The notes beneath the pieces were generated by a model. The model made no database searches. It was given only the letters and a program-made list of their open reading frames with translations, and was not told the DNA's origin. A DNA stretch of 46,247 nucleotides, taken from the NCBI RefSeq assembly GCF_001194135.2, contig NC_068985.1:123207572-123253818 (forward strand). Reading direction: 5' to 3'. The translations under genes and the position numbers were made by a program. Shown here piece by piece: positions 1 to 12,092 of this stretch. Each line of letters opens with the position of its first letter. Position 1 is the stretch's first letter. The stretch is from Octopus bimaculoides (taxonomy: Eukaryota).

Positions 1-24
1 AGAGAGAGAGAGAGAGAGAGAGAA

Positions 25-67
<43 letters not shown>

Positions 68-80
68 GAGTTAGATAGAT
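1..80. repeat. Compound (AG)n(AT)n(AC)n(GATA)n microsatellite
   Basis: Read directly from the sequence. Confidence 0.95.
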
Positions 81-85
81 AGAAA

Positions 86-290
86 GTCTAGCCATAATTG
101 ATCGCTAGCCACTAAACCATTTTTTTATTTTCTCTCCCTGTTTATTTCTGTGTTCCTTTATGTTGAAGAGCGTAGGCTCGAAACGTAAAAGACTTTCTCA
201 CTTCCCGAGCGTTAAACTAATACATCTGTTTGTTGTTTACACCCCTGTCTTCGTCTTTTTTGTTTTTTGTAAATTCTCACTAGACAGGTA
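86..290 (+). mobile_element. Dispersed repeat fragment, PLE-tail-like, with degenerate hammerhead-like motif
   Basis: TTGAAGA-GCGTAGGCTC-GAAACGTA at 163-187. The tail ttgttgttta..cctgtcttcgtcttttgtttt..tgtaaatt recurs at ~43288-43335. Confidence 0.45.
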
Positions 291-325
291 GACAGACAGA
301 CAGACAGACAGACAGATAGATAGAG

Positions 326-366
<41 letters not shown>

Positions 367-410
367 CATACATACATAGATAGATACATAGATAGATATA
401 CATATATTGG
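281..410. repeat. (GACA)n(GATA)n tetranucleotide microsatellite
   Basis: Read directly; it explains the spurious YLSI/CLSV ORFs. Confidence 0.95.
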
Positions 411-770
411 TATATAAACATACATGAGTATATATTTGTGCGTGTCTGAATATATGTTTGCGTGTACAACTCTAAAAACAGATTTTATTTAAGTTGTACC
501 CATTTAAGTCCGAATCCCAGTAATAACGTTTCGACAAATACAAGTTGAGAAGAATAAGTGCCAGTTTTAAATAAGCACTGGTGTGAATATGCACGACAAA
601 AGTCTTGAAATCTCTGTCTCAGCGTTCAATGAATCGCTCCTGTAATAATATAAACGAATGCACATTCATATCTCTTTTATAGTGTATGCTTATTGAGCGC
701 TCTTAAATATCAGTGACCAGATCGCAGACATTCCCTGAAACACTTTTCATTTTCTATACCGGTTATTTAA

Positions 771-1080
771 GGCGCAAGCGTGGCTGTTGGGTAAGAAGCT
801 CACTCCCCAACCACTTGGTTCCAGGTTCAGTCCCAATACGTGTCTTCTGGTATAGCCTCTGGTATAGCCTTGTGAGTGGATTTAATAGGCGGAAACTGAA
901 AGAAGACCGTCGTGTGTGTGCTTGTCCCCACTACCGCTTGACAACCGGTGTTGGTGTTTTTACACCAAATTAGCGGATTGACTAAAGCGACCGATGGGAT
1001 AAATACTATGCTTTAAAAAATAATAAGTACTGGTGTCGCTTCATTCGACTAAAAACTCACCAAGCCGGTGCTCCAGCATA
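771..1080 (+). mobile_element. tRNA-derived SINE family A, degenerate copy
   Basis: Head ggcgcaagcgtggctg, B-box-like ggttcagtccc, ggaaactgaaagaag and tail ggtgctccagca are shared with copies at 5178, 10491 and 39940. Confidence 0.8.
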
Positions 1081-1230
1081 TCTTATAATTGAAATAAATA
1101 ACAAATAGAAGATTTATACGTACATACACTCCTTTCCATATGTCCCCATATGCATATATATATATGTGTGTGTGTGTGTGTATGTGTGTGTGTGTGTGTT
1201 TGTATGCGTGTGTATATATATATATATATA

Positions 1231-1460
1231 TGTCATACCGGCCATGACGAAGGGAAATAGCCCTGAAACTCGAGTCGCCTTTATATATATATATTTATAT
1301 TTATATATTTATATATTTGATCCTTTATATTGAACACTCAATATTTCATCTACATTCAATACTTTCTTTCATGGTGCCATCCATTTTTATTTTATTTTAT
1401 TTTATATTGTATATTGTATATTATATTATATATTGTATATTCCATATTCTATACCCCACA
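1231..1460 (+). mobile_element. Young dispersed repeat family X, copy 1 (runs into an N-gap)
   Basis: Near-identical by eye to the reverse complement of 16654-16880. Confidence 0.85.
1240..1279 (+). ncRNA. Candidate minimal type I hammerhead ribozyme variant
   Basis: GGC-CATGACGA-AGGG(aaatag)CCCT-GAAAC(TCGA)GTC-GCC. Helix II is 4 bp, helix III is the palindrome ACTCGAGT, the site is GUC, and helix I is only 3 bp. The core has an extra A after C3. Confidence 0.4.
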
Positions 1461-1776
1461 NNNNNNNNNNNNNNNNNNNNNNNNNNNNNNNNNNNNNNNN
1501 NNNNNNNNNNNNNNTATATATATATACTCTTCTTTTTCAGACTGGAGCGAACACGTTACAATGAAGTAGAGAAATTTGAAAAGACAACACGAAACCGGTT
1601 ATTTCTCAAAATACAATGTTTATATACCAAAAAGATTTTATAACATTTTTCTAACATTTTTCTGACATAATTTAAATATATACTTTAACCATGTAACACA
1701 AGCCTTGTGTAGTTTTTTCACTCTTATTATATTTTATACATCCAGCCACGTGCTTTCACATACCAACTTTCTCACA

Positions 1777-1820
<44 letters not shown>

Positions 1821-2604
1821 CGATTTCAGTATATACAATCATAGTTACAATAAAGACTGAACTCTATTCAGTTGGGATTAGAACATATTTATTTTTCAGA
1901 ACGATATTTTACGAATAGATTAGCTTTGTCTACTTAATTATGAACAAGAATCAACTAAATATTCTTTGTATTTATGGAGAAAGACACAAAAAAACAGGGG
2001 CAAGAAGAATGATCATAAGTACAAAGATCAATAAACGAAGAACGGGTCATAGAAAAAGAAGAATAAGCAAAGTAGAGGAGTAGAAGGAAGAGCAGTCGGA
2101 AGAACGGTTCCATTCTCTCTAATTATGACAGTTTTTTATTGAACACCATTCCAGGTTATAGAAGTAGTTTTACAAGTCTAATTAGGAGTGTTTGCTTAAT
2201 TTTTTTAATACAATATTCATTATGGAAAGTTAAAGACAGACCTAGAACTTAGTGATCGGAGAATTAACTTCTTTTTTTTCTATATATTTACGAGCGAAAA
2301 AAAAAAAAATCTTTTGCAATGCTTCAAGTTTCTAACGCCATTTTATCTACGTATAAAGATATGTAATTAAGACCTTTATGTGAAAATAATTAAGTCAAGA
2401 TGACTAATTATATATATAAATTAGAGAAGAAAGACAATGTTATATATCTATGTCTATAATAATTAATAATGCTCATTAATTCTTATCCTTGCAGATATGA
2501 TTTGATATAGCAAATAATACATGTATTTAATAACATTACAATCATTATGTCTATCCGTATGAATGTGAGCTATGTGCGTATTCAGGCAAACGCCTGGGTG
2601 ATTA

Positions 2605-2720
2605 CGCTCTCTCTCTCTCTCTTTCACACACACACACACATATAGGCATACAGATAGATATTAATATATATTTATGTGCATATCTATGCTTGTATATGTA
2701 TATGCATGTTTGTGCGTGTG

Positions 2721-2760
<40 letters not shown>

Positions 2761-2844
2761 NNNNNNNNNNTATATATATATATATATATATATATAAATA
2801 TATATATACATATATTTATACACAAACACACACATATATATAGA

Positions 2845-2876
<32 letters not shown>

Positions 2877-2979
2877 TTAATGTTATGTAGTCATGAGATA
2901 CAGCATAGTAATGAGACTAAGTAGTGACAGCTGACTATAATTCTAGTTTTATATATATACATACATATATATATATATA

Positions 2980-3038
<59 letters not shown>

Positions 3039-3040
3039 GT
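2605..3040. repeat. (CT)n/(CA)n/(TA)n microsatellite cluster with 10-N gap
   Basis: Read directly from the sequence. Confidence 0.9.
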
Positions 3041-3243
3041 TAAATCTCTGAACGAGGTATTAACAGTAACTGCACGACAAGGTGAAGTATATTTGCCACT
3101 TAAATGTGGCTGAACCCTAAGGGTGGATGTTACTGTTGCTTTTAGCCCCAGGAGAACATCTCCTCCAGCTGGCTATTGACACACATCTGTGTCCTGTCTA
3201 TATTTTCAAAGAGAAGTCATCCTTCCCATCTCGATCTGCGATA

Positions 3244-3288
3244 CGTACGGACTCGAGTTTCTGGGTATTTATCCGTCTTCAGCGTACG
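3244..3288 (-). ncRNA. Minimal type I hammerhead ribozyme
   Basis: Minus strand reads CGTACG-CTGAAGA-cGGataaataCCca-GAAAC(TCGA)GTC-CGTACG: intact core, perfect 6-bp helix I, palindromic helix III, GUC site, weak helix II. Confidence 0.7.
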
Positions 3289-4263
3289 ACAACCGCCGAC
3301 CTTCGATGCGAAAGATATTCCTTTGCAAATATATATAACTTTTTCCAGTGAAATTATTCACTGATCTCGAATTAATTACCCTAAAGAATGTATGTCACTT
3401 TCGTACTAATTAATATCATACACCATCATAATAGATTCATAGGTTATTATTCAAATATTTGATTATGTAGGATTTTCGATGAATTAGAAGCAATTTAATA
3501 ACTAATTGAAGGAAAAGTTTATTAGGTATTTTCAGATTCAGAGTTAATTATTATGTGGTAGTTATGCGAGCCAGTATTTATTGATGAAGTTAATAATTAA
3601 ATAAGAGGTTAATAGGGTTAATAGAGTAGTATTAACTTCAAAGTGATGTTAATCTTGGGTACAAGAGGATTGTTTGTATATGATCGATCCAGTATTCATT
3701 TAATATTATTTCAGAAAATTGAATTGAAGGATTTTTAAATGTTAATAGCATTTACAATTACTAGCAGCATACTCTCGGTCACTGTAGTGCACAAAGGAAA
3801 GGAGAGGCCAAGATATATAAGATTTTAAAGCCAATGCAGTGGTTGGCATATAAACACGCCGTGGCGTATTTCCACGCATTTGAGGTTGCCACAGTGTACT
3901 TAGCCGGTACTATGGACTCTTCTGAGTCCGTCTGCACTTCTTGAAAAGAATTGTTCTTTGTCCCGTTGGGTATCCATTAATTACCACACTTTCTGAGCAT
4001 GTTTTGTGTGCCTGCTGATTTAGTCACCGACATTGTGACCATGCGTAGGTTACAATGACATACATAATTACCAGTACAAGATCCCTTCTTACCAGATCTC
4101 TTAGTTTTTATCCAAAATGTAGCACCTGCTATGTAGGTAGACTTAGACAGAGATGTGCATGGCATGCGAAGTGTTTTGAATGAGTGGAAATGATGATAAT
4201 GATCCCATATCACTGTGATGAAGGTCATATCAATTTCTGTCCAGAATCAGTGTGGCCACACAA

Positions 4264-4871
4264 GTCAAACTCCAGTGTTTGACCCGAGCAAAAAAATGCG
4301 CGCTTGTGAACGGGAGACGGGGGAGAGAGGACTCGGAAAATTCACTTGCTCAAGGTGCCATGAGGTGGGACTTAACCCGGAACCGTGTGGTTGGGAAGAA
4401 TATCCATTTTCTTTAGGGAAAAAATCGGATCGTGTGAATTGTCCTGGTCCTCTCCTCCGCTCCCCCCCCCCGTTCGCCAACGTGCATTTTTTTTTTCATA
4501 TTCGTTTACTACATGTTGTTTTACACCTATTACACTATTTGTTTTTCATTTTTGAGACCGGGTATTGAAGTGGGGTTACTGGATCGTGTGAATTATCTGA
4601 GTCCGTACCACATCCACCACCCTCCGTCACAAAAATTGAACAAAAAATAGCGTACTAGGTGTAAAATAATGTGTAGTAAACGAATATGAAGAAAAAAAAT
4701 CTTTTGCCGACGTACGGGGAACAGGTGAGAGGACTCGGAACATTCCCGATGTGAATTTTCCGAGTCCTCTCCCCCGTTCACCGGCGTGCATTTTTTTCAT
4801 ATTCGTTTACTACATGTTTTACATCTATTGCACTCTTTTTTTTTTGCTCGGGTCAAACACTAGAGTTTGAC
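4264..4871. repeat. Foldback element of four alternately oriented copies of one unit
   Basis: Unit motifs gtgaattttccgagtcctctc and gtgcattttttcatattcgtttactacatg occur -,+,-,+ at ~4264-4345, 4433-4560, 4620-4745 and 4751-4871. The outer ends gtcaaactccagtgtttgacccgagcaaaa and ttttgctcgggtcaaacactagagtttgac are inverted. Confidence 0.8.
4346..4404 (-). mobile_element. SINE family A head fragment
   Basis: Reverse complement cccaaccacacggttccgggttaagtcccacctcatggcaccttgagcaag matches the family A head. Confidence 0.7.
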
Positions 4872-4979
4872 CATGGTATGATATCAACCCTCAGTTGACA
4901 GTATTTATAAAAGCTTAAATAAGGATGGAGTATGAAAAATGTATTAAAAAAAGCAAGGAGAGGAATATGGAGAAAGTGG

Positions 4980-5012
<33 letters not shown>

Positions 5013-5177
5013 CGATATAATTTAGAGATACGCTGAGGGGGAAAAATAGTGCAATAAGCATTCGACATACATGCTGGCCTCGTACTGAATTTAGAAATAT
5101 TTTTCTTATTCTTCGCTCAAAATTAGACAATATAAAGACGTCTTCCATATGTATATAAAATAATTTATAGACATATA

Positions 5178-5566
5178 GGCGCAGGAGTGACTGTGTGGTA
5201 AGTAGCTTGCTTACCAACACATGGTTCCGGGTTCAGTCCCACTGTGTGGCACCTTTGGCAAGTGTCTTCTACTATAGCTTCGGGCCGACCAAAGCCTTGA
5301 GAGTGGAATTGGTAGACGGAAACTGGAAGAAGCCCGTTCTATATGTATATGTGTGTGTGTATGTTTCCCCCACCCACCATTATCGCTAGACAACCGATGC
5401 TGGTGTGTTTAAGTCCCCGTAACTTAGCGGTTCGGCAAAAAAGACCGATAGAATAAGTACTAGGCTTACAAAGTTTGAGTCCTGGGGTCGATTTGCTCGA
5501 CTATAAGCGGTGTTCCCGCATGGCCGCAGTCAAATGACTGCAACAAATAAGAGAGTAAAAGAGTAA
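5178..5566 (+). mobile_element. tRNA-derived SINE family A, near full length
   Basis: A-box-like tgactgtgtggt, B-box-like ggttcagtccc, internal (TA)/(TG) tract, and tail ending in aaaagagt repeats. Confidence 0.9.
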
Positions 5567-6146
5567 TATATTAATAAGACTGAATGCAAGGATTTAAAAT
5601 GTTGATACTACGATATAGATATATCGAGATTTTACAGCCAATGCAAGTAATACATAAACTAATGCATTGCAAACATGTGTGCTTATCTGTTCAGTACAAC
5701 TAGATACCTGGTCTCTATGATTTACTGGTCACGAATAAAATTTATTTACTTCAATAATATCCGCAGCTGATTGGATATAATTTATAAACTTAAACTGCTA
5801 CTTTAAACAATGTTACAAATTTCCCATGTTCACCTCCAAACCTTCACCATCGTTCTTTGTTTCCAATGCTACCCCAGGGTACACTTCGTTCTCCTATTAC
5901 TCTGACTTCCTTTCCACGAGCTTCTCTCTCTCTTTCTTACTATTCCTACCAACAACGTCTACATACGTTTCTTTCATCTATTGATCTTTTTGTTTCCGTT
6001 TGTTCCATTAACAATTGCTCCCCCCACCTCACCTTTCTCTATATAAAGACAATAATAGCTAATTAATTCGAATGTATTTCTCAACAGCATTGGAAATACT
6101 ATACCGAGTCTGCTACCTGTAAAATATTGTCCTAAATAATTATGTC

Positions 6147-6167
6147 TGCGTGTGTATGTCTGCGTGC

Positions 6168-6214
<47 letters not shown>

Positions 6215-6270
6215 TGTGTGTACTTGTTTGTATGTGTGTATACGTGTGTGTGTGCATTGTTTGTGTGTAT
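6147..6270. repeat. (TG)n microsatellite
   Basis: Read directly from the sequence. Confidence 0.9.
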
Positions 6271-8112
6271 ATGAACGTATGGAACCTGAAATCAACAAGT
6301 AAAGCCACCAGGTTCATAGCTTCTCTCACAACGATAGAAACTTCCAGTGGAAATTAATTCAAGCCCAGAAGAATTATTAGCTTTCATAAGAGAACTACAC
6401 TAACAGTGCATTTTTTTTTCGTCTTTGATAATGGCATTTTTACATTGACACACGCGTAAACATGCAAATATTGGACATAAGCCGATTGGAGTGATCCCCT
6501 CTCATGATTGGTACTTACTCATTTGATCTCCAGCGAGACAACTAGAAATATTCTTCACAGCTAGGATATTAACCTAATAATTAAATGCTTCTAACCTGGT
6601 TTGCAATCGCTTACGTCACCACTTTTCATTAATTTCAAGAATAGATTGCTTGGTGTATCCGCCCTCAGAATAGTTATCCAATCATATAACTTTCTTATAT
6701 ACGTATAAAATACCTAAAACATAAATTCTGTATAGATATGTAAAAGTCATGTTTTAGCAGTTTGTAGATGGAAAAGAATCCAATGGGATTTAGACTGAAT
6801 AGTAATTAGTTTCTCGAGAGTTCGAGATTGGTTGAATTTTCCGCAAATATATTTAGTGGAAAGGAACGAAAAGGAAGTTAACAAATATTTCCCATAATAC
6901 CCAAAGTAAGTTTTCAATAACAACGCACATTCTTCCGCCTGTAAACAGAGGTTATTTCTTTATTTTTCTCTTACGTACAGTGTATACAATAAAAAACCAA
7001 GAGAAAGTAAAATTAGAAGGCTTAAACAAATTCGTCAGTCATTTTTTTGTGATAATTGAGTAGAATGCAAGGAACAAAGTAATGGTCTATGCTATCTAAT
7101 AATAATGCAAATTGTTCAGACAGTGGAATAAATTTCATACCATACTATGAAGAAGAAGAGACGTCAAACAATTTGGACAGAATTTGTCAGCGAAATGAGA
7201 ATAAACTGTTGTCACTGAAGAATGATTATTCTGCTGCTTGGGGGTGATTGACTAATATATAGGACAGCTTAGTTTGGTAATGAAATGGAAGACACATTCT
7301 CTCTTTTCTGTCGAGACGAAGAAAGAAAATAGACAAACTAAAATTTCTTCTGTTAAGACTGGCCGACAAAACCAAAATCGGAGAACAAAGCACCGAACTA
7401 AACTACAGTAAGTGAAGTTGACCCAGTTGTATGTATCCATATCAGAATGCTACATTGGTTCATTATAGAAATATTTAACCAGTATTCCCTATTTTTAAAG
7501 ATGTGAATACATTGTAAGTGACCTTTTACGTGACCATTGTTGTCTAAGGCTCGAAGAATATGTCATGCCTTATGAAGTACTAGTATTTTGCAGGAAATTT
7601 AGGTAGCCGCTAATGGTTTGGATAACTACGCCACATGTATAGCACAAACAATATTTTCTACAACACAGAAGCTTAGAAACATAACTATCTCTTTTTCTGA
7701 TTAAGAATTTCGTAGGTATATTTGTGTTTTATCCTTCTAGTAAATGCTTAAAACTCGGCGTTTACCAAGCGGACTATTATTTTTTAGGTCTAAATATTAT
7801 TATACTCTAGAAGTTTTGCCTTTAATACAAACGCTCCAAAAAAAAAAAAAGGACTAAATAATTGTCTTTTGGGGATAAAATAAAAAGAAGTACATTCTTA
7901 GAGAAGATAGTAGAAGTAACCAAGAATCTAAATTAAACCAGTAAAGTGTACGTGGATTGCTACGACATACACCATGATCAGACTGGGAACTGGGGTCAGT
8001 TATCGCAAGCCTCAGCTCTATGTAGAAAACATTCGATGAACAATACAAACGGCTCAGTGGGTTTCGACATAAAGAGTTAACAAACAATATGTATGTATGT
8101 ATGCATGTATAA

Positions 8113-8325
8113 AGGCGGCAAGATGGCAGAATCGTTAGCACGCAGGGTAAACGCTTAGCGGCATTTCATCCGTCTTTCAGGTTCTGAGATCAAATGTCAC
8201 CGAGGGCGATTTGGCTTACATCTTTTCGGGGTCGATAAAATAAGCACCAGTTAAACACTGGGGTCAATGTAATCGACTTACCCCCTTCCCCAAAATTGCT
8301 GGTCTTATGCCAAAATTTTAAATCT
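8113..8325 (+). mobile_element. tRNA-derived SINE family B
   Basis: ggcggcaagatggcagaatcgttagc head, ttctgagatcaaat B-box-like motif, ggggtcgataaaataagcaccag core. Confidence 0.85.
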
Positions 8326-8509
8326 TGGATTTATGTATGTATGCTTGTATCTTCATTCGTATGTGTGTATCTATGATGTATGTAATAATGCATGCATGTA
8401 TATATGTACGTTCCAATCTATTTCCATTATTTTACTTTTCCTTTTATTAAGTGCCTCTTCCTTCCTCTGTTTGTCTCTTTCACTCTCTCCCTCTCTACTG
8501 TTTCCTTCT

Positions 8510-8663
8510 GACTGTCTGTCTGTCTGTCTGTCTATCTCTCTCTATCTCTCTCTCACTCTCTCTCTCTCTCTCTCTCTCCCTCTCACACACACACACACAC
8601 GCACACACNNNNNNNNNNNNNNNNNNNNNNNNNNNNNNNNNNNNNNNNNNNNNNNNNNNNNNN

Positions 8664-8696
<33 letters not shown>
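8510..8696. repeat. (CTGT)n(CT)n(CA)n microsatellite spanning an N-gap
   Basis: Read directly from the sequence. Confidence 0.9.
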
Positions 8697-8697
<1 letters not shown>

Positions 8698-8731
8698 CTG
8701 TAATTCATTTTCTACTATTACAGTCAAGTTC

Positions 8732-8950
8732 AAGGCGACGAGCTGGCCGAATCGTTAGCAAGCCGGCCGAAATGCTTAGTGGTATTTCGTCAGTCGTTAC
8801 GTTCTGAGTTCAAATTCCGCCGAGGACGACTTTGCCTTGCATCCTTTCGGTGTCGATAAATTAAGTACCAGTTGCATACTCGGGGCGATCTAATCGACTG
8901 GCCCCACCCCCAAAAATATCAGGCCTTGTGCCTATAGTAGAAAGGGTTAT
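8732..8950 (+). mobile_element. tRNA-derived SINE family B
   Basis: ggcgacgagctggccgaatcgttagc head, gagttcaaattcc B-box, tcgataaattaagtaccag core. Confidence 0.9.
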
Positions 8951-10490
8951 TACAGTCAAGTTTGACTTTCAAACATAATTGTATCTAGTGGTGCAATATA
9001 AAAGTACAAATAAATCAATATGTATTCAAAACATAAGACAGAACACACGCACATACGCATGCCCCACACTTTCACGTGCACACTTCCAAATATAAAATAT
9101 GCGTGAGAGAGTATGCGCGCGTGCGCGCGTGCATAGTCGTTTTTATAAAATACATTTGTGAATAACTGTCTTGTCTGACTGGTCACTAACAGTTTACCAT
9201 TTCAAAACGGTACCTTCCTCAGGAGAATTCGAGCATTTTCAATCAATCTGCACTGATTACTATTGCTTCCTCGCCGCCATAATGTCTCTGATTTCTAAAC
9301 CATACTAATAGTCTTATTTTTATTAGTGTCCAACATAAACTAGACAGCCTCTGCTGCTATTGATTCCAAAGGTGTTATAGTGTGTTGTATTGATTGAAAC
9401 AACACATTCAAATAACGTTTGTATTTCATTTTATCTCATGAAAACTAATATAGGTTTCACGTATAATATATACAGATATTTCCTTTTAATAAGCTAAATC
9501 TGAAGGAGAAAAATATATTTATTATGCAACATAGAATCATATACAATANNNNNNNNNNNNNNNNNNNNNNNNNNNNNNNNNNNNNNNNNNNNNNNNNNNN
9601 NNNNNNNNNNNNNNNNNNNNNNNNNNNNNNNNNNNNNNNNNNNNNNNNNNNNNNNNNNNNNNNNNNNATATATATATATATATATACATATTTGTGAGTG
9701 TGTGTGTGTGTGTGTAGGCATATGTATGTAGATAAAAGTCACACCAAAAACAAAGGGTAAGATAAAGAGGCAAGCAAGGTGAAGAAGAGAAAACCAATAA
9801 TTTATGAAGTCAAGGAAGCGAAAAACGTAGCAGAATTATGCGTAGAAAAATACCTACGAAATAAAACAATGGAAGAATGTGCACAATGAAAATATATTCG
9901 TCGGTGAAGGAAATAGAAGTCGATCTGATGTTTCAGATTATACCTTTTATCAAAGAGAAGGCAAAGAAACGAAATATTTACAGCGACCGTTTGCATCAGT
10001 ACAACTTAACAGGATCCGTTCATCTCAACTTAACCGGCACTGCGATTGTATGGAAATATAACGTTAGTTATTACAAGTATTTTTTACTGAGAAAGATAGC
10101 TGATTTTTCCCGTATGTAATATCGTACATACCTTGTCTTTTACCGCATCAATAAATTATAAATTGTTTTCAATTTTTGTATCAAGACATCTGTGTTACAT
10201 ATATCTACATTTATAATCATATTTGTGTTTATGGGGTTTTAAGTTTGTAATTTGCCAAAAAAAAAAAATCACTTATCAAGCTCTGTTAAGCTATGTTAGC
10301 TGTATATATTTGATGGTTATAACATCATCTTATATCAATAAAATTCTTAGTACTTTCCTTAATAGGTCTCTTCTGAGATATAAATATGCGATATAAATAC
10401 TCTTATAGCATAATGCTATTGTTTGATTTCATGTACATGCGAGCTTGCAATTGATTCATTTTTTGTTTTTATCGTAAGTACAATATATAT

Positions 10491-10597
10491 TGCGCAGGCG
10501 TGGCTGTGTGACATCTTGGGCAAGTGTTTCTAATATAGCCTCAGGCAGACCAAAGCCTTGTCAGTGGATTTCGTAGACGGAAACTGAAAGAAGCCCA

Positions 10598-10637
<40 letters not shown>

Positions 10638-10908
10638 TTGTGTGTATGTGCGTGTATGTATACAAGTATCTATCTGTGTGTCTTTGTGTTTATTCAGTCT
10701 TTATTCCCGTCATCACCATAACCGCTTGACAACCGGTGTTGGTGTATTTACGTCCCCGTAACCTAGCAGTGCGGCAAACGTGACCGATAGAACAAAGGTA
10801 CTGGGCTTCAGAAATGTCCTGGAGTCGATTTGTTCAACTTAAACCCTTCAAGGCGGTGCTCCAGCATGGTCAAGTCAAATGACTGAAACAAATAAAAGGA
10901 TAAAAGGA
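10491..10908 (+). mobile_element. SINE family A with deleted head segment and expanded internal (TG)n
   Basis: gcgcaggcgtggctgtgtg joins directly to catcttgggcaagtgt; tail ggcggtgctccagcatgg and aaaaggata repeats. Confidence 0.85.
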
Positions 10909-10963
10909 TATATGTGTGTATAATTATATATACACACACACCACACACACACACACACACACA

Positions 10964-11010
<47 letters not shown>

Positions 11011-11080
11011 ATACATACATACATACATATATACATACATATAGATATAGATATACACATATATACATGTATTTATATAT

Positions 11081-11306
11081 TGATAATTGATTAAGTAACC
11101 AGATGGATTTGGTATTAATCTTTATTTTGTGCAACGATCGTTTTGACCCATCCTGCTAATGCCCCTTATTGGTGGGACTCCGTTCAACATGTGTTGCATC
11201 CATTTTGCAGTCTGGGTCACATCGATAGCAAGATGGGTCGAAACGATCGTTGTACAAGATGAAGATTAATACCAAATTCATCTTCTAGTTATTTAATCAA
11301 TTATCA
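11081..11306. mobile_element. Palindromic MITE-like element (~80-bp imperfect inverted arms, ~65-bp spacer)
   Basis: tgataattgattaa...caacgatcgttttgacccatcctgcta is inverted relative to tagcaagatgggtcgaaacgatcgttg...ttaatcaattatca. Confidence 0.75.
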
Positions 11307-11803
11307 TTATCTCAACCAGCACTGCAGATTCCTCAAGTAGATCCAATGGAAATATACCTCAACTGCGGATGACAGTAGGTAGCCCAGACACTGTCAATGC
11401 TCTACTCAACGCTTCAACACACTAATCGACATATATCCATTTGTCCGAAATATTAAACATGTATTTATATATGTATATATGATATATGTATGTATAAATC
11501 TAAGTCTGCAGTATTACAGAACTATTACAGTCGATCTTATCAATCAGTTTAGCGCGGGATATTTAGATAAACGGACGGTCATTTAATAAACACGAACCAT
11601 ATGAGACGGCAGGTAGGCAAAAAAATTTTTAAAAAGAGGTGGGGAAGCCATGTTTTCAGACTTCCGGCTTCTTAGACGAAGATATATGTACTCGTCATTC
11701 GAAGTGCGTATAATAAGTCGGTAGCATATACTATGCCTTTGCTAACTGATTTAGGCACCTGTGCTATCACATGCTGTCACCCCGTTAACTACTCTCGACT
11801 CAC

Positions 11804-11870
11804 CGGAACAGCAAAACCGTGGAAGCGGAAGGAATGAGAGAGAGAGAGACAGAGAGAGAGAGAGAAAGAG

Positions 11871-11929
<59 letters not shown>

Positions 11930-11940
11930 TGGCTGGCAAT
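11804..11940 (-). promoter_or_regulatory. Possible promoter and non-coding first exon
   Basis: Minus strand shows AGCCAATCA (CCAAT-box-like, ~11926-11934), a long (CT)n tract, a short unique segment, then CCG|GTGAGT donor-like site at 11803-11798. Motif-level evidence only. Confidence 0.2.
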
Positions 11941-12092
11941 CATTCTCAGCTGAGTAAACTAGATCAATGTGAAATGTAATACTTTGCACAAGGACAAAAC
12001 TTACTGTCAGATCTACCAATTAGACATACGATCTTATGATTGTGAACTCATCACTCTAATCGATACACCTTGCATTACGACTTATTTTAAAT

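Noticed and set aside
3977-4228. 83-aa ORF beside the foldback as its transposase
   Set aside because: No DDE, HTH or other transposase motif recognised in any frame.
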